Assembly: GCA_033977065.1 (NCBI GenBank)
Contig: JAXCHI010000003.1
Location: forward strand, 192,001 to 256,000
Direction of reading: 5' to 3'
DNA from: Candidatus Algichlamydia australiensis
Lineage (GTDB): Bacteria > Chlamydiota > Chlamydiia > Chlamydiales > JAJFMI01
Length of the DNA stretch: 64,000 nt
The notes under the pieces were generated by a model that saw nothing but the letters and a program-made list of their open reading frames with translations, was not told the DNA's origin and searched no databases. Below, in pieces: positions 27,397 to 37,634 of the stretch. How positions within the stretch are numbered: the stretch's first letter is position 1; each line of letters begins with the position of its first letter. Position numbers and translations under genes: made by a program.

Positions 27397-30300
27397 TCTC
27401 CCCCCATCCAGTAAACATTATCTTCAAAAATAAACGAGCCGTACGGATCAAAGCCAGGATCACACCCAAATCCCTCACGCGTGTTCCCACAAAAGTTTGC
27501 GTGATAGAAGGGATAGTTTGGCAAACGCATGTAACGGAAGAGGGGCAACTCATCTTGGAGCTGCCCTCCAGATGTACTACTTAATTCATAGACATCTGAA
27601 TGAGGAAATTCCGCGCGAATCGGAAGTTTATAGTAAATGCGGAATGAGGCAGTTGAAAAGTCTCCTCCAGGAAAATAGATAGAAAACTCTTCTTGAGAAT
27701 TATTGACTGTCTGCACCGGTGGAGAAAAAATTTCTCCATTGATTGGATTCGTTATGGTATTGAGCGAACGCTCTACTGTGTAGATACGCAACTGCCCTGT
27801 TGCCGTTAGCACTCCATCTTGAGTAATCCCAAATAGTCCAAATTCTGGGGGCTTGCGATTCAAGTTATCGACAACAAGAATCAAATTACCCGCAAGGTTA
27901 GACATTTCTGCAACCCCAGCTTGGTCTACAAGCACAATATTTCTTCCAGCACGAAGATTCATACTAGACGTCCCAAAAGTTCCTGTTCCTCCTTGGCCTC
28001 CATGACCGATACGAGCGTACGCAGAAGCAGTAGTTGTCCCCCCTCTAACTGAAATAGAGCGCCTCGTATCAAGAAAGATATTGCCACTTAAATCTACAGC
28101 TATTCCAGAAGAATCTACATGACCAATCTGTCCAAAACCAAATGCACCCCCACTATCTGTTGTCGCTCCAAGAACGCGTACACTTTCTCTTACAACAGGG
28201 AAGCTAATGCGCCCTGAAAAAGTAGCAGCACCACCTAAAGGATCGCCATGACCAATGAGCGCATAGCTGTTTGTGTCTACCCCATCCACAATAAGAAGTC
28301 CACCAATGTAGGGGAAGAGAATATTTGCAGAAGAGTCTGTCAAAGCACCAATTTGAGCAAAAGAGCCTGCACCACTTCCTCCAAAAAGAGAGAGATTGCG
28401 ATCAACTCGAATACGCGCATCACCGCTTCCTAAGAAAATCCCAGAAGGCGTTGCAGCAGCTACCCCCCCTGTAACGATCAAGTCTCTCTCACTATCAACA
28501 GATATGAGGCCGCTCCCGCCAACGACTGAGCCTCCTTCATCAAGAAGAATATCGCTATGTGTTTCCAAGGAAATCGGAGCAGCTCCGGTTGAAAAAATAC
28601 TCCCCCCATCTGTGATGTGGATTCCTGTGGTGCTCGTACCTGAAGCATTTCCTGTTAATGAGATTGCCCCTGTTGCAGAAGTGATCAAGGCTCCTGCACC
28701 CTCTATGCGAATCCCTTCATCACTTGCAGTTCCTGATCCAGCAGTACCTTCACAAGTGATTGTTGCCGATCCTGTTGAAGAGATCGTGCTAGGAGCTAAA
28801 AGATAAATCCCGTGTGAAGCTCCTCCCGTGCCAAGACCTCCTTCACCTGTGATAGAAATGTTCCCGTTTGCAGAAGTTATAGTCCCATCATTTACAAACA
28901 GACCAAAAAGATCACTTGTACCTGATCCTCCTACTCCCTCTATTGTGATCCTGCCAGACCCCGTTCCCGTAATGAGGGAGGTCCCCTCTATTTCAACGCC
29001 ATAATTTCTAGCTCCCGTGCCATTACCGCCAATCCCATCTAATAAGAGAAGACCGTCTGAAGCTGTGAGAGAAGAGCCAAGCGCGATCTGAATCCCACAA
29101 TTATCTGCTACTGCTGGCCCCCCTCTCCCACGAAAAGTCAAGGTGCCGCTACCCGACTGTGTCACAGTTGCAGTATCAAGAAGAATTCCTGTTTCATTAC
29201 TCGAAGCAGTAGCGCTATTTGTTCCAATGAGAATTAAATTACCCGATCCACTCGCAATTGTCGAAGTAGCAACGTTTATTCCAGGAAGTCCTGCGCCGGT
29301 ACTTGTCATACTCCCTCGAACAGTGACATTTCCAGTCCCAGCTGTAAAAACGGAACCTGCTACTAAGTTCACGCCACTTGAACTTCTACCCGTACCCGTC
29401 ATTGACCCACTCGACAAGAACGTGATCATAGAACCAGAAGAGTTCACTCCTATTCCAGTCGCTCCTGTTTTGGTTCCCGCAATCACGGAATTGCCTGCTC
29501 CAGTAATCGTTGCGGAAGTAAACGTGATCGCATCTTGAGTTGTAGGGCCGATCGCGCTCATCTTAAGAGAGCCCATAGCATCAACCTCAGATGAATCGAT
29601 TAAAATTGCTCCGCTAGCCGAGGTAAACAAAATATCCCCGGTACTGCCTACAGTAGATTCCACAAGCGAAGAGTCAACAAGAGAAATTCCGATATTTGTT
29701 CCGGTTCCTGGTTCTCCTGTAATCGAAATACGTCCATTCGCACTTCTCACCACAGCCCCATCAGATGTCCCATTCCCATCCATGAAAACCCCGCGATTCG
29801 TACTAGAACCGCCACCACCTGTTCCTGTAATTGTAATCGACCCCGTACCGGTAGATTCAACCGTTGTGATGCTCGCATCTCCCAAAATATTGACACCATA
29901 GTTGAAGGTTGATGAACCCGCTCCACCAGTTCCTACTAAAGTGATACCACCTGATGAGGTGCAAGAAATATTTGCTCCATTCTTGACATTGATCCCATAG
30001 TTATCTGTTGTCCCAGCTCCACCTGTCCCCATAAAAGTAAAAAGACTACTTCCTGAATTCGTGGCGACTCCATCAAATTCAATTCCATACAGATCGGAAA
30101 AAGCCAGAGCAGCGTTATTCGTTCCATTTATATGGACCGCTCCCGTTCCGAGAAGAGACGAGGTGGAATCAAAACTCACGCCACTCACAGAGCCAATAGT
30201 GCTAGAATCTACTACCCCTGTAAGAGTAGAGAGACCACCTGTTCCTGTAAAAGAGGAGCCTGAAGCAAAAGCAATTCCATCATCGTCAATACTCGTACCA

Positions 30301-33300
30301 GCCAATGTGCCCCCCGAATCAAACGTAATACTACTTGAAGAGGATAGACTTACCCCTTTACCGGTACCGCCTGTTTTGACTCCCATAATCATAGAGCTAC
30401 CCATTCCGGTAAGTGTTGCCGAAGTACAGGCAAGAGCATCTTGAGTACCAGATGGACTTGTAGCACTCATATTGAGCGCACCCATCGCATTAACCTCTGA
30501 AAAACTTACAATAATCCCCCCGGTTGCTGACGTTAGCGTGATAGCACCGCTGCTGCTTTTTGTATCGACAAGTGATGAATCAACAAGAGAAATTCCAATA
30601 TTTGTTGCAGCTCCAGGTTCCCCTGTAATCGCAATCGCGCCATTGGCACTTGTCACAAAAGCTCCATCAGGAGCCCCATTACCATCAAAATAAACCCCTC
30701 GATTTGTACCAGTACCCCCTCCACCAGTTCCCTTGATTGTGACCATCCCACTTCCAAGAGACTCTATTTTTGTTATGCCTGGATCCCCAAGCAGACTAAC
30801 GCCATAATTGTTTGTGCCTGTCGTTAATAGAGGGGCTGCCTGATTCCCATTAATAGTAATCGCACCCGATACTGAAGTGATTTCCGCTGCATCCGATACC
30901 AGAACTCCGATATTATCATCTGTTCCTGAACTAGCATCTCCATTAAAAATAAGTTCACCACTTCCTGTAGACCTTACTTTGGCAGCTGAAACAGCAATCC
31001 CCACATTATCGCTTCCCGATCCATCACCTTGGCCTGTGATCGTCATCGTTCCACTCCCTGTTGACGTAACAGTAGTTGATGCACTTCGAATATCCACACC
31101 TATATTTCCAAATCCAGTACTTGAGGCGAGAGTCCCCATAAAATCAAGAGAACCACCAGAAGAGACCGTTGAATCTAAAATTAAAATCCCCTTAGAGATT
31201 CCCCCATTTCCAACACCTGTAAAGTCTAAATCACCAGTTGCCGTTTCAATGCTAGAACCAAATGAAAAAATTCCATGATTCGGTGAAGAGCTGACCCCAA
31301 TATTTGCATTACCAGTAAGATTTATATTCCCGCTATCACTCTCAACATTTGAACCGATCAGCAGTTCAATTCCATGACACTCAAATGTTCCTGCTCCCCC
31401 ATTTCCAATAAGGGTAATACTACCACTTTCACTCCTGACCACCGCAGGAGAAAAAATTCCACTTTGAGCGAGCGAAATCCCGCTGTTTTCATCTGTTCCA
31501 TTGCCGCCTGTCCCTGTCAACAAAATAGCGCCAGATTCTGTTGTAATGTTCGTTCCAGATCCAACCATTCCTTTGCTTCCAGTTCCTGTCCCATTTCCTG
31601 TACCCGTAATCGTAATATTTCCACTTGTAGTAGAAATAGTTGTATCAATTGCAAAACTCACACCAGACCTAAAACTAGTTCCAGATGAAACAGAACCTGT
31701 AACGGTCACATTTCCTGCCGTTGTGGAAATATTGCCAGGAAATACCCCAATCCCATCTACAGCATTGCCATCAAGAATAATATCTCCCCCCATTGAAGAG
31801 AGAGTGCTCGAATCCACAACAACCCCATCGTAAGATCCTGCCACAGACCCATCATTATGAAAATTCATTGCTGTAAAGCCCGTTTGAGTCGAACTATTTG
31901 TAATATTTACTAGAGTAATATCAATGGTTCCTGTTGATTCAAGCTCAAGCGTTGTAGCAGCAGACCAAGAAATCGAATCTGCTACAGTAATTGTCCCTGT
32001 ACCTGATGGAGTCACAGCTCCTCCTGTAGTCGTAACAATCACATTTCCATTTGCAAGCGCATTTGTAAGCGTTGTTACATTCAAAACAGCAGGGCTTGAA
32101 GTAGGAGAAAACGTATAAGGAGTTGTATTCATTCCAGAGTTTGGACTTGAGCTTATTGTGATATCTCCTTCTGGATCGAAAAGAATCGTTCCAAATTTTC
32201 CATTAGGCGCGCGCGCATCACAGCGCACATCTGGATTGATTAAATACTGGTGACCTGAGACCTCAATAAACCCTCCATTTCCACCATCACTCCCTCCACA
32301 AACAGAAACATTTCCGTTATGATGCATCATGCGATCGGCCCAAAAAATAATTTTTCCCCCATCGCCACTACCCACCGCATCTGCCTTTGCACTAGCACCA
32401 TATGTCACTACCACATCAGTCGCAGTGAAAATTTCCGGATTCAGGCCGCGGTAGTCACCACCAACAAGAATCGTTCCCGCCCTCCCACAATCTGAAACAT
32501 TCAGTTCCGCATGATCGCCGAGAAAAATATCATTTCCTAAAACTTGGATTTCACCGCCCGTTGCAATAACCTGCCCATCAACATTTGTCTTGCCATTTTC
32601 TGCAACAAGATAAATTCGTCCACCACGCTCCTCAATCTTTGTCGCTTCAATTGCTCCCTCACAGCAGATCGCTTTATCAAACACACTTCCCGTGCGTAGC
32701 TCAGTAACTAAAGATTGAATCTTGCCACTCTGAGCGACACAATCGCCCCCTTTAGCTTCAATAAAAATGCGTTGATTGCCCTCAGGCTTAAGCAAAATCT
32801 TGGGTCCAGTAGCAAGGCCCACAAATTTTCCTTCAATTTTTCCGCGGTTGGCAACATGGTGAGCAATGAGTGTGACATCCCCCTGCAAACAAGAAATTTT
32901 TCCCAAGTTGATCACATCCGCCTGGGAATCCCCTGAAAAAAGAAGCTCCTCACCGCGCAAAAAATCCTGGTCCAAAACATCTAAAGAGGAAGCGACAAAC
33001 CCTGCAGTATTGATGATCGCATCCTTGCCAATCAAAACACCTTTCGGATTGAGCAAGTAAACTTTTCCGTTAGAATCAAGCTGCCCAAGTAGCTCTGAGC
33101 GCGCACCACTCACACGATTTAAAATTGCCGAATTGCTATCTGGCATTGCAAAGCGCACTTTTTCGCCTTTGCCAATCGAAAACTCATCCCATTTGACAAC
33201 CGCACGCTTGCCACTCTCAATCACAACCGTTCCCGACCGCTCACTACAAGTCGCATTTCCAGAAATTGTTTGCATCCCAGAAGGCTTTGCCATCAGGGCA

Positions 33301-33329
33301 AGAGGGAGCATAAGACAAAAAAGTTTCAT
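27393..33329 (-). CDS. Filamentous haemagglutinin-like (TpsA-type) exoprotein 2, ~1978 aa
   Basis: Paralog of exoprotein 1 with very similar TPS domain and C-terminal tail; start placed at ATG 33329; its stop overlaps the start of exoprotein 1 (ATGA). Confidence 0.88.
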   Translation of the reverse strand: MKLFCLMLPLALMAKPSGMQTISGNATCSERSGTVVIESGKRAVVKWDEFSIGKGEKVRFAMPDSNSAILNRVSGARSELLGQLDSNGKVYLLNPKGVLIGKDAIINTAGFVASSLDVLDQDFLRGEELLFSGDSQADVINLGKISCLQGDVTLIAHHVANRGKIEGKFVGLATGPKILLKPEGNQRIFIEAKGGDCVAQSGKIQSLVTELRTGSVFDKAICCEGAIEATKIEERGGRIYLVAENGKTNVDGQVIATGGEIQVLGNDIFLGDHAELNVSDCGRAGTILVGGDYRGLNPEIFTATDVVVTYGASAKADAVGSGDGGKIIFWADRMMHHNGNVSVCGGSDGGNGGFIEVSGHQYLINPDVRCDARAPNGKFGTILFDPEGDITISSSPNSGMNTTPYTFSPTSSPAVLNVTTLTNALANGNVIVTTTGGAVTPSGTGTITVADSISWSAATTLELESTGTIDITLVNITNSSTQTGFTAMNFHNDGSVAGSYDGVVVDSSTLSSMGGDIILDGNAVDGIGVFPGNISTTAGNVTVTGSVSSGTSFRSGVSFAIDTTISTTSGNITITGTGNGTGTGSKGMVGSGTNITTESGAILLTGTGGNGTDENSGISLAQSGIFSPAVVRSESGSITLIGNGGAGTFECHGIELLIGSNVESDSGNINLTGNANIGVSSSPNHGIFSFGSSIETATGDLDFTGVGNGGISKGILILDSTVSSGGSLDFMGTLASSTGFGNIGVDIRSASTTVTSTGSGTMTITGQGDGSGSDNVGIAVSAAKVRSTGSGELIFNGDASSGTDDNIGVLVSDAAEITSVSGAITINGNQAAPLLTTGTNNYGVSLLGDPGITKIESLGSGMVTIKGTGGGGTGTNRGVYFDGNGAPDGAFVTSANGAIAITGEPGAATNIGISLVDSSLVDTKSSSGAITLTSATGGIIVSFSEVNAMGALNMSATSPSGTQDALACTSATLTGMGSSMIMGVKTGGTGKGVSLSSSSSITFDSGGTLAGTSIDDDGIAFASGSSFTGTGGLSTLTGVVDSSTIGSVSGVSFDSTSSLLGTGAVHINGTNNAALAFSDLYGIEFDGVATNSGSSLFTFMGTGGAGTTDNYGINVKNGANISCTSSGGITLVGTGGAGSSTFNYGVNILGDASITTVESTGTGSITITGTGGGGSSTNRGVFMDGNGTSDGAVVRSANGRISITGEPGTGTNIGISLVDSSLVESTVGSTGDILFTSASGAILIDSSEVDAMGSLKMSAIGPTTQDAITFTSATITGAGNSVIAGTKTGATGIGVNSSGSMITFLSSGSMTGTGRSSSGVNLVAGSVFTAGTGNVTVRGSMTSTGAGLPGINVATSTIASGSGNLILIGTNSATASSNETGILLDTATVTQSGSGTLTFRGRGGPAVADNCGIQIALGSSLTASDGLLLLDGIGGNGTGARNYGVEIEGTSLITGTGSGRITIEGVGGSGTSDLFGLFVNDGTITSANGNISITGEGGLGTGGASHGIYLLAPSTISSTGSATITCEGTAGSGTASDEGIRIEGAGALITSATGAISLTGNASGTSTTGIHITDGGSIFSTGAAPISLETHSDILLDEGGSVVGGSGLISVDSERDLIVTGGVAAATPSGIFLGSGDARIRVDRNLSLFGGSGAGSFAQIGALTDSSANILFPYIGGLLIVDGVDTNSYALIGHGDPLGGAATFSGRISFPVVRESVRVLGATTDSGGAFGFGQIGHVDSSGIAVDLSGNIFLDTRRSISVRGGTTTASAYARIGHGGQGGTGTFGTSSMNLRAGRNIVLVDQAGVAEMSNLAGNLILVVDNLNRKPPEFGLFGITQDGVLTATGQLRIYTVERSLNTITNPINGEIFSPPVQTVNNSQEEFSIYFPGGDFSTASFRIYYKLPIRAEFPHSDVYELSSTSGGQLQDELPLFRYMRLPNYPFYHANFCGNTREGFGCDPGFDPYGSFIFEDNVYWMGGE

Positions 33330-33356
33330 ACTTCCCGACTTTAACAAATAAATATT

Positions 33357-33857
33357 TTAAACTTCAGAAGAATTTTCAGGAGTTGGCTTAAGTGAGAGAC
33401 ACTTCCAACCAAGAAAAAGAAAGGGCGCGCTTAAAAAACAGTAAAGAAACCAAGTGCCACTTTTCCACTCCAAAGTGAGACGACCCGCTTCGGAGAAAAA
33501 GAGAATGAGCAGACCGAGTGTAAGCAAGTTACCCCCAACTGAGAGAAGCAGAAGAGCCCATACAGAGCGATTGCCCGGCTCTTTTTTATCTTCGTCAAAA
33601 TACTCCTCCTCTTGCTGCGGTTCCTCGTAGGAATCTTCGCGCTCATCAGGCACACCGTACCCATGACTCTCACGAACAAGGTAAGGAGGACGATAGAGTG
33701 ACGCTAAACTTTCACTACCCTGAGATTTCGTCTCTTGTTGTGCTGGTTTTTGTGCAGCACGCGACAAATCTGCCCTGCAGTAGGGACAAAAAATGGCATC
33801 GTAACTGACATTCCCTTCACAATTGGGACAAAGTTTCTTTTTCTGCGTCGTTTCCAT
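33357..33857 (-). CDS. Zinc-ribbon membrane protein (likely conserved chlamydial hypothetical)
   Basis: CPNC...CPYC, two C-terminal hydrophobic segments; divergent from lpdA. Confidence 0.75.
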   Translation of the reverse strand: METTQKKKLCPNCEGNVSYDAIFCPYCRADLSRAAQKPAQQETKSQGSESLASLYRPPYLVRESHGYGVPDEREDSYEEPQQEEEYFDEDKKEPGNRSVWALLLLSVGGNLLTLGLLILFFSEAGRLTLEWKSGTWFLYCFLSAPFLFLGWKCLSLKPTPENSSEV

Positions 33858-33944
33858 CTAGCTTTATCCTAATGAATTATTCCCATCAAAACAAGTCCTT
33901 TTAACAAATAAACCCAGTATTTTATCCAATAAAATGGTGAAAAT

Positions 33945-34110
33945 TAGATAGTGTCGTCAAAAGGCTATAATCAGATTATTTTTCATGTTTGCAGCTTATT
34001 TTTGTGCGGAAATTGAAGCTGAATTTGTAAATTCCGCTTCAATTTCCGCACAAAAATGGAGCCCAAACATGAAAAATAAGATGGTTGTATGCTTTTGACG
34101 ACGCAATCTA
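33945..34110. mobile_element. Family A element, copy 2 (opposite orientation, 166 bp)
   Basis: Reverse complement of copy 1 with a more symmetric core and a slightly degenerate right end (GACGACGCAATCTA). Confidence 0.9.
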
Positions 34111-34155
34111 GAGGATACTATCGCCAATTAAATGGCAAAAAATCCAGGGTAACAG

Positions 34156-34315
34156 GAACCTATCCAACTAAACATGCTTTTGCCTTTTTCCACATTTTTG
34201 GCTGGATTTTGAGCTATTTTTTCAAACAACTTAATTAAGTTGTTTTCAAAAAGATCCCAAAATCCTTCTCAAAACTGAGAAAAAATTTCAAAAGCAGCTT
34301 TAGTTGGATAGGTTC
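34156..34315. mobile_element. Family B element, copy 2 (160 bp)
   Basis: Matches 7451-7610; flanked by AG/AG. Confidence 0.9.
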
Positions 34316-34318
34316 AGA

Positions 34319-34346
34319 TTGACATCGCTCACAAGTGCGGTATACT
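34319..34346 (+). promoter_or_regulatory. Sigma66/sigma70-type promoter for lpdA-lipA
   Basis: TTGACA-16 nt-TATACT. Confidence 0.65.
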
Positions 34347-34451
34347 TAGGGAAGCACTGAACAACTACTGTGCCGATAGGTCGAGCCGAAAACTCTTTTC
34401 TAGAATTTCTCTGCCGAGGTAGCGGTGCATGAGTTGTTCATTGTCTCCTTA
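34347..34451. mobile_element. Family C element, copy 2 (internally deleted, ~105 bp)
   Basis: CACTGAACAACT.CTGTGCCGATAGGTCGAGCCGAAAA...TTTTCTAGAATTTCTC.GCCGAG.TAGCGGTGCAT.AGTTGTTCA matches both arms of 12034-12200 without the centre. Confidence 0.8.
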
Positions 34452-34456
34452 ATGTA

Positions 34457-35836
34457 ATGAGTGAAGAAAAATTTGATATTGCGATCATCGGTGCAGGACC
34501 GGGGGGTTATGTTGCGGCCATTAAAGCGGCACAAACAGGCAAAAAAGTTGCTTTAGTTGACAAGAGCCACTTGGGAGGCACTTGTCTTAATGTTGGCTGC
34601 ATTCCCACAAAAACACTCCTTTCCAATGCCACCTTGTACCATAAAATGAAAATGGCCAAAGAGTACGGCATTCATACAGGTGAGCTCTCAGTCGACTATG
34701 GCCAGATGAAAAGCCGTAAAGATGCAGTTGTGCAAAAATTGCGCGGTGGAATCGAAGGTCTACTCAAAGCGAATAAAGTAAAATTTTTCTCAGGGCATGC
34801 CAAATTTGTCTCACTCAAAGAGATCAAAGTGGGCGAAGAAACTCTTATACGTTTTGAAAAAGCAATTATCGCAACGGGGTCTGAACCTGTTGACATTCCT
34901 GCATTCCCTTGTGACCATAAACAAATTTTAAACTCTACTTCGATTCTAGAGTTAACAGAAATTCCCAAAACTTTAGTTGTCGTTGGCGGTGGTTACATCG
35001 GCTGCGAATTTGCCTCCCTTTTTGCAGAACTTGGAACAAAAGTCACAATTGTCGAAGCGCTACCAAAAATTGTAATGGCGCAGGGCGACCAGATTTCTAA
35101 AGTTTTGCACGACGCTTTAGAAAAACGCGGCATTGAAATCCTAACCGATACGATGGTCGAGTCGATTGACTCCGGTCTCAAGATCAATCTCAAAGGAGGA
35201 AAGACTTTAGAGGCAGAAAAAGCGCTTATCTCCGTAGGTCGCCGTGTCGTTTCAGAAAATCTAGGACTTGACCGCGCGGGTGTTGCTGTAAACAAGGTGG
35301 GCATGATTGAGGTCAATGAGAAGATGGAGACGAACTCTCCTGGGATTTATGCCATTGGGGACGTGACTGGCATTGCAATGCTGGCACATATCGCCTCTCA
35401 CCAAGGAATTGTAGCAGCAGTTAACGCAACAGGCGGTAGCGCACAAATGCACTACCACGCCATACCCGCTGTGATCTTCACTACACCCGAAATTGCGATG
35501 GTTGGTATGACCTTAGAAGAGGCTAAAAAAGAGGGCTACGCTGCTAAAACAGGTCAGTTTCCTTTCCAAGCGCTTGGGAAATCGCAAGCCTCACTTGATA
35601 CCGAAGGCTTTGCTCAAATCGTTATTGATGAGAAGACCGGACAAATTTTAGGCGCACAAGTTGTAGGTCATGAGGCCTCTGCACTCATTGGTGAAATGGC
35701 AATTGCAATTCAAAATGAGCTAACCACCGATTGCGTCATTGATACAATTCACCCCCATCCCACCATTACCGAAGGGTGGCTTGAAGCAGCGCTTCTTGCC
35801 AACAATACCCCTATTCACCTTCCTCCTAAACGATGA
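34457..35836 (+). CDS. lpdA: Dihydrolipoyl dehydrogenase
   Basis: IGAGPGGYVAAI, GGTCLNVGCIPTK, GGGYIGCE, IHPHPTITE. Confidence 0.97.
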   Translation: MSEEKFDIAIIGAGPGGYVAAIKAAQTGKKVALVDKSHLGGTCLNVGCIPTKTLLSNATLYHKMKMAKEYGIHTGELSVDYGQMKSRKDAVVQKLRGGIEGLLKANKVKFFSGHAKFVSLKEIKVGEETLIRFEKAIIATGSEPVDIPAFPCDHKQILNSTSILELTEIPKTLVVVGGGYIGCEFASLFAELGTKVTIVEALPKIVMAQGDQISKVLHDALEKRGIEILTDTMVESIDSGLKINLKGGKTLEAEKALISVGRRVVSENLGLDRAGVAVNKVGMIEVNEKMETNSPGIYAIGDVTGIAMLAHIASHQGIVAAVNATGGSAQMHYHAIPAVIFTTPEIAMVGMTLEEAKKEGYAAKTGQFPFQALGKSQASLDTEGFAQIVIDEKTGQILGAQVVGHEASALIGEMAIAIQNELTTDCVIDTIHPHPTITEGWLEAALLANNTPIHLPPKR

Positions 35837-36735
35837 GTAATAAATTAAATATTTTACCAAACAATCCCGAGGAGAATCTCGGCCGCTTTCCCTCCTACTT
35901 GCATCGCAAGCTTCCCAAGGGCGGCAATCTCTTTGAAACTGGGAAACTTGTTAAAAAATATCGTTTAAACACCGTCTGCGAAGAGGCAAAGTGTCCCAAT
36001 CGCACCGAGTGCTACACAAAAAAAACCGCAACATTCTTGGCACTTGGAAGCGCCTGCACACGCGCATGTGGATTTTGCGAAATCGATTTTTCTAAAAACC
36101 CCTTGCCACCGGAAGAGGATGAGCCAGAGCGCATTGCAGAGATGACAAGAGAGCTCGGGCTTAAACATGTCGTGATCACTATGGTCGCCCGCGATGATCT
36201 CTATGATGGCGGTGGTGCACAGATTGCGCGCACCATTCGCACCGTGCGAAAAGTTAACCCCGGTATCACTGTTGAAGTGCTTACCTCAGATTTTAATGGC
36301 AACATCGGCGCCCTCGACTTAGTCCTTATCGAAGAACCTGAAATTTTTAATTATAACATCGAAACCGTGCGTCGCCTAACGCCAAAAGTGCGCCATACTG
36401 CCACTTATGAGCGCACTCTATCAATTTTAGAGTATGCGAGCCACAAAGGCCGCAGCCAGTTTGTGAAGTCAGGATTGATGCTCGGGCTTGGTGAGACCAG
36501 AAACGAGGTCTTTGAAGCGATTCGCGACCTTCATCGAGCGGGTGTAGAGATCATCACAATGGGTCACTACCTGCAGCCTTCCAAACGAAAACTATCTGTA
36601 AAAGCTTTTGTAACCCCTGAGCAGTTCAAAGAGTATGAAGAGTACGGCCTCTCTATTGGAGTACCACACATGTATTGTGGCCCCTTTGTCCGCTCAAGCT
36701 ATAACGCCGATCTATTTGTGAAATCCTATGCATGA
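35833..36735 (+). CDS. lipA: Lipoyl synthase
   Basis: TVCEEAKCPNRTEC, CTRACGFC radical SAM motif, VRSSY. Confidence 0.97.
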   Translation: MSNKLNILPNNPEENLGRFPSYLHRKLPKGGNLFETGKLVKKYRLNTVCEEAKCPNRTECYTKKTATFLALGSACTRACGFCEIDFSKNPLPPEEDEPERIAEMTRELGLKHVVITMVARDDLYDGGGAQIARTIRTVRKVNPGITVEVLTSDFNGNIGALDLVLIEEPEIFNYNIETVRRLTPKVRHTATYERTLSILEYASHKGRSQFVKSGLMLGLGETRNEVFEAIRDLHRAGVEIITMGHYLQPSKRKLSVKAFVTPEQFKEYEEYGLSIGVPHMYCGPFVRSSYNADLFVKSYA

Positions 36736-37573
36736 CATTCCAATTTTAGACGAAAGCGACTTGCAAATCATCATGCACCGCGACTGCCATTTTGGTAAAA
36801 ATTTTGGTATTATGCTTGATTACTACCAGAAGGAAAGCATTGGCTGCCATCCCGAAATTGAAATAAGTGCCATTCAAAACCTGCAAAAGATTGAAGAGGC
36901 GCTAAATGAAGATCTTTCTGACAAACTCCTTCCAGAACATGAAAAGGGACGTGTAAAAAAAATGCGCGATCTCTACCGAGAACTGCGCGATAACTACAAA
37001 AATGGCGGACGTCTTGCAGAATTGCTCTGTGATCTCATTCTTTCAGAAGAAGAAGAGCCAACAAAAGAGATTGAAGCCCTCGCAAAAATTTCAGATAGCG
37101 CCCCTCTTATCGATCTATTGGGATCCGATACATTTTACGATCCTTTAAGTCCTGGCTACGGCAGAGCGCCCATGCTTGCAGCTAAAGTTTTGGCAAAAAT
37201 CGCTGATCCTAAAGCGATCACCCCCCTCTTTATCGCCCTCAAACAGGAAGACTTTTTTTACGAACAAGAAATCCAAAATGCTCTTACCTCATTCGGCTCT
37301 GCTGCCAAAACTTTTCTCTTAAAAGTTCTGCAACAGAAACCCCTCTCTATTGATAATGAAACAGCTGCTCGAGCTCTCTGTCAATTTTCTGAAGATAAAG
37401 ATGTGACAGACACTGCATTGAAGTTATTGCAGGATCCCGAAATCACCCAAAACCTGGCACTCTCTTGCTACCTCATCTCGCTTGCAGCCGAAAAAAAAGA
37501 AGAGCTTAAAAGCCTTCTTAACAGTGACTTACCGCAAGAAATAAAAGAAGAAATAAATTTTATTACAAAATAA
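36728..37573 (+). CDS. HEAT-repeat-like hypothetical protein
   Basis: MHRDCHFG motif and helical repeats (AAKVLAKI.DPKAITPL). Confidence 0.65.
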   Translation: MHDIPILDESDLQIIMHRDCHFGKNFGIMLDYYQKESIGCHPEIEISAIQNLQKIEEALNEDLSDKLLPEHEKGRVKKMRDLYRELRDNYKNGGRLAELLCDLILSEEEEPTKEIEALAKISDSAPLIDLLGSDTFYDPLSPGYGRAPMLAAKVLAKIADPKAITPLFIALKQEDFFYEQEIQNALTSFGSAAKTFLLKVLQQKPLSIDNETAARALCQFSEDKDVTDTALKLLQDPEITQNLALSCYLISLAAEKKEELKSLLNSDLPQEIKEEINFITK

Positions 37574-37634
37574 TATTATTGACACAGATTAATTATTATT
37601 TTATTTCAAAAGAATAAGATTAATAAATTAATCA

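Noticed and set aside
22132..33329. CDI/polymorphic toxin interpretation of the TpsA-like proteins
   Set aside because: No VENN or Hint pre-toxin motif, C-termini are conserved rather than variable, and no small immunity genes follow.
23042..33351. Many plus-strand Pro/Val-rich ORFs over the two haemagglutinin-like genes
   Set aside because: Antisense artefacts of Gly/Thr/Ser codon repeats; no independent protein features.
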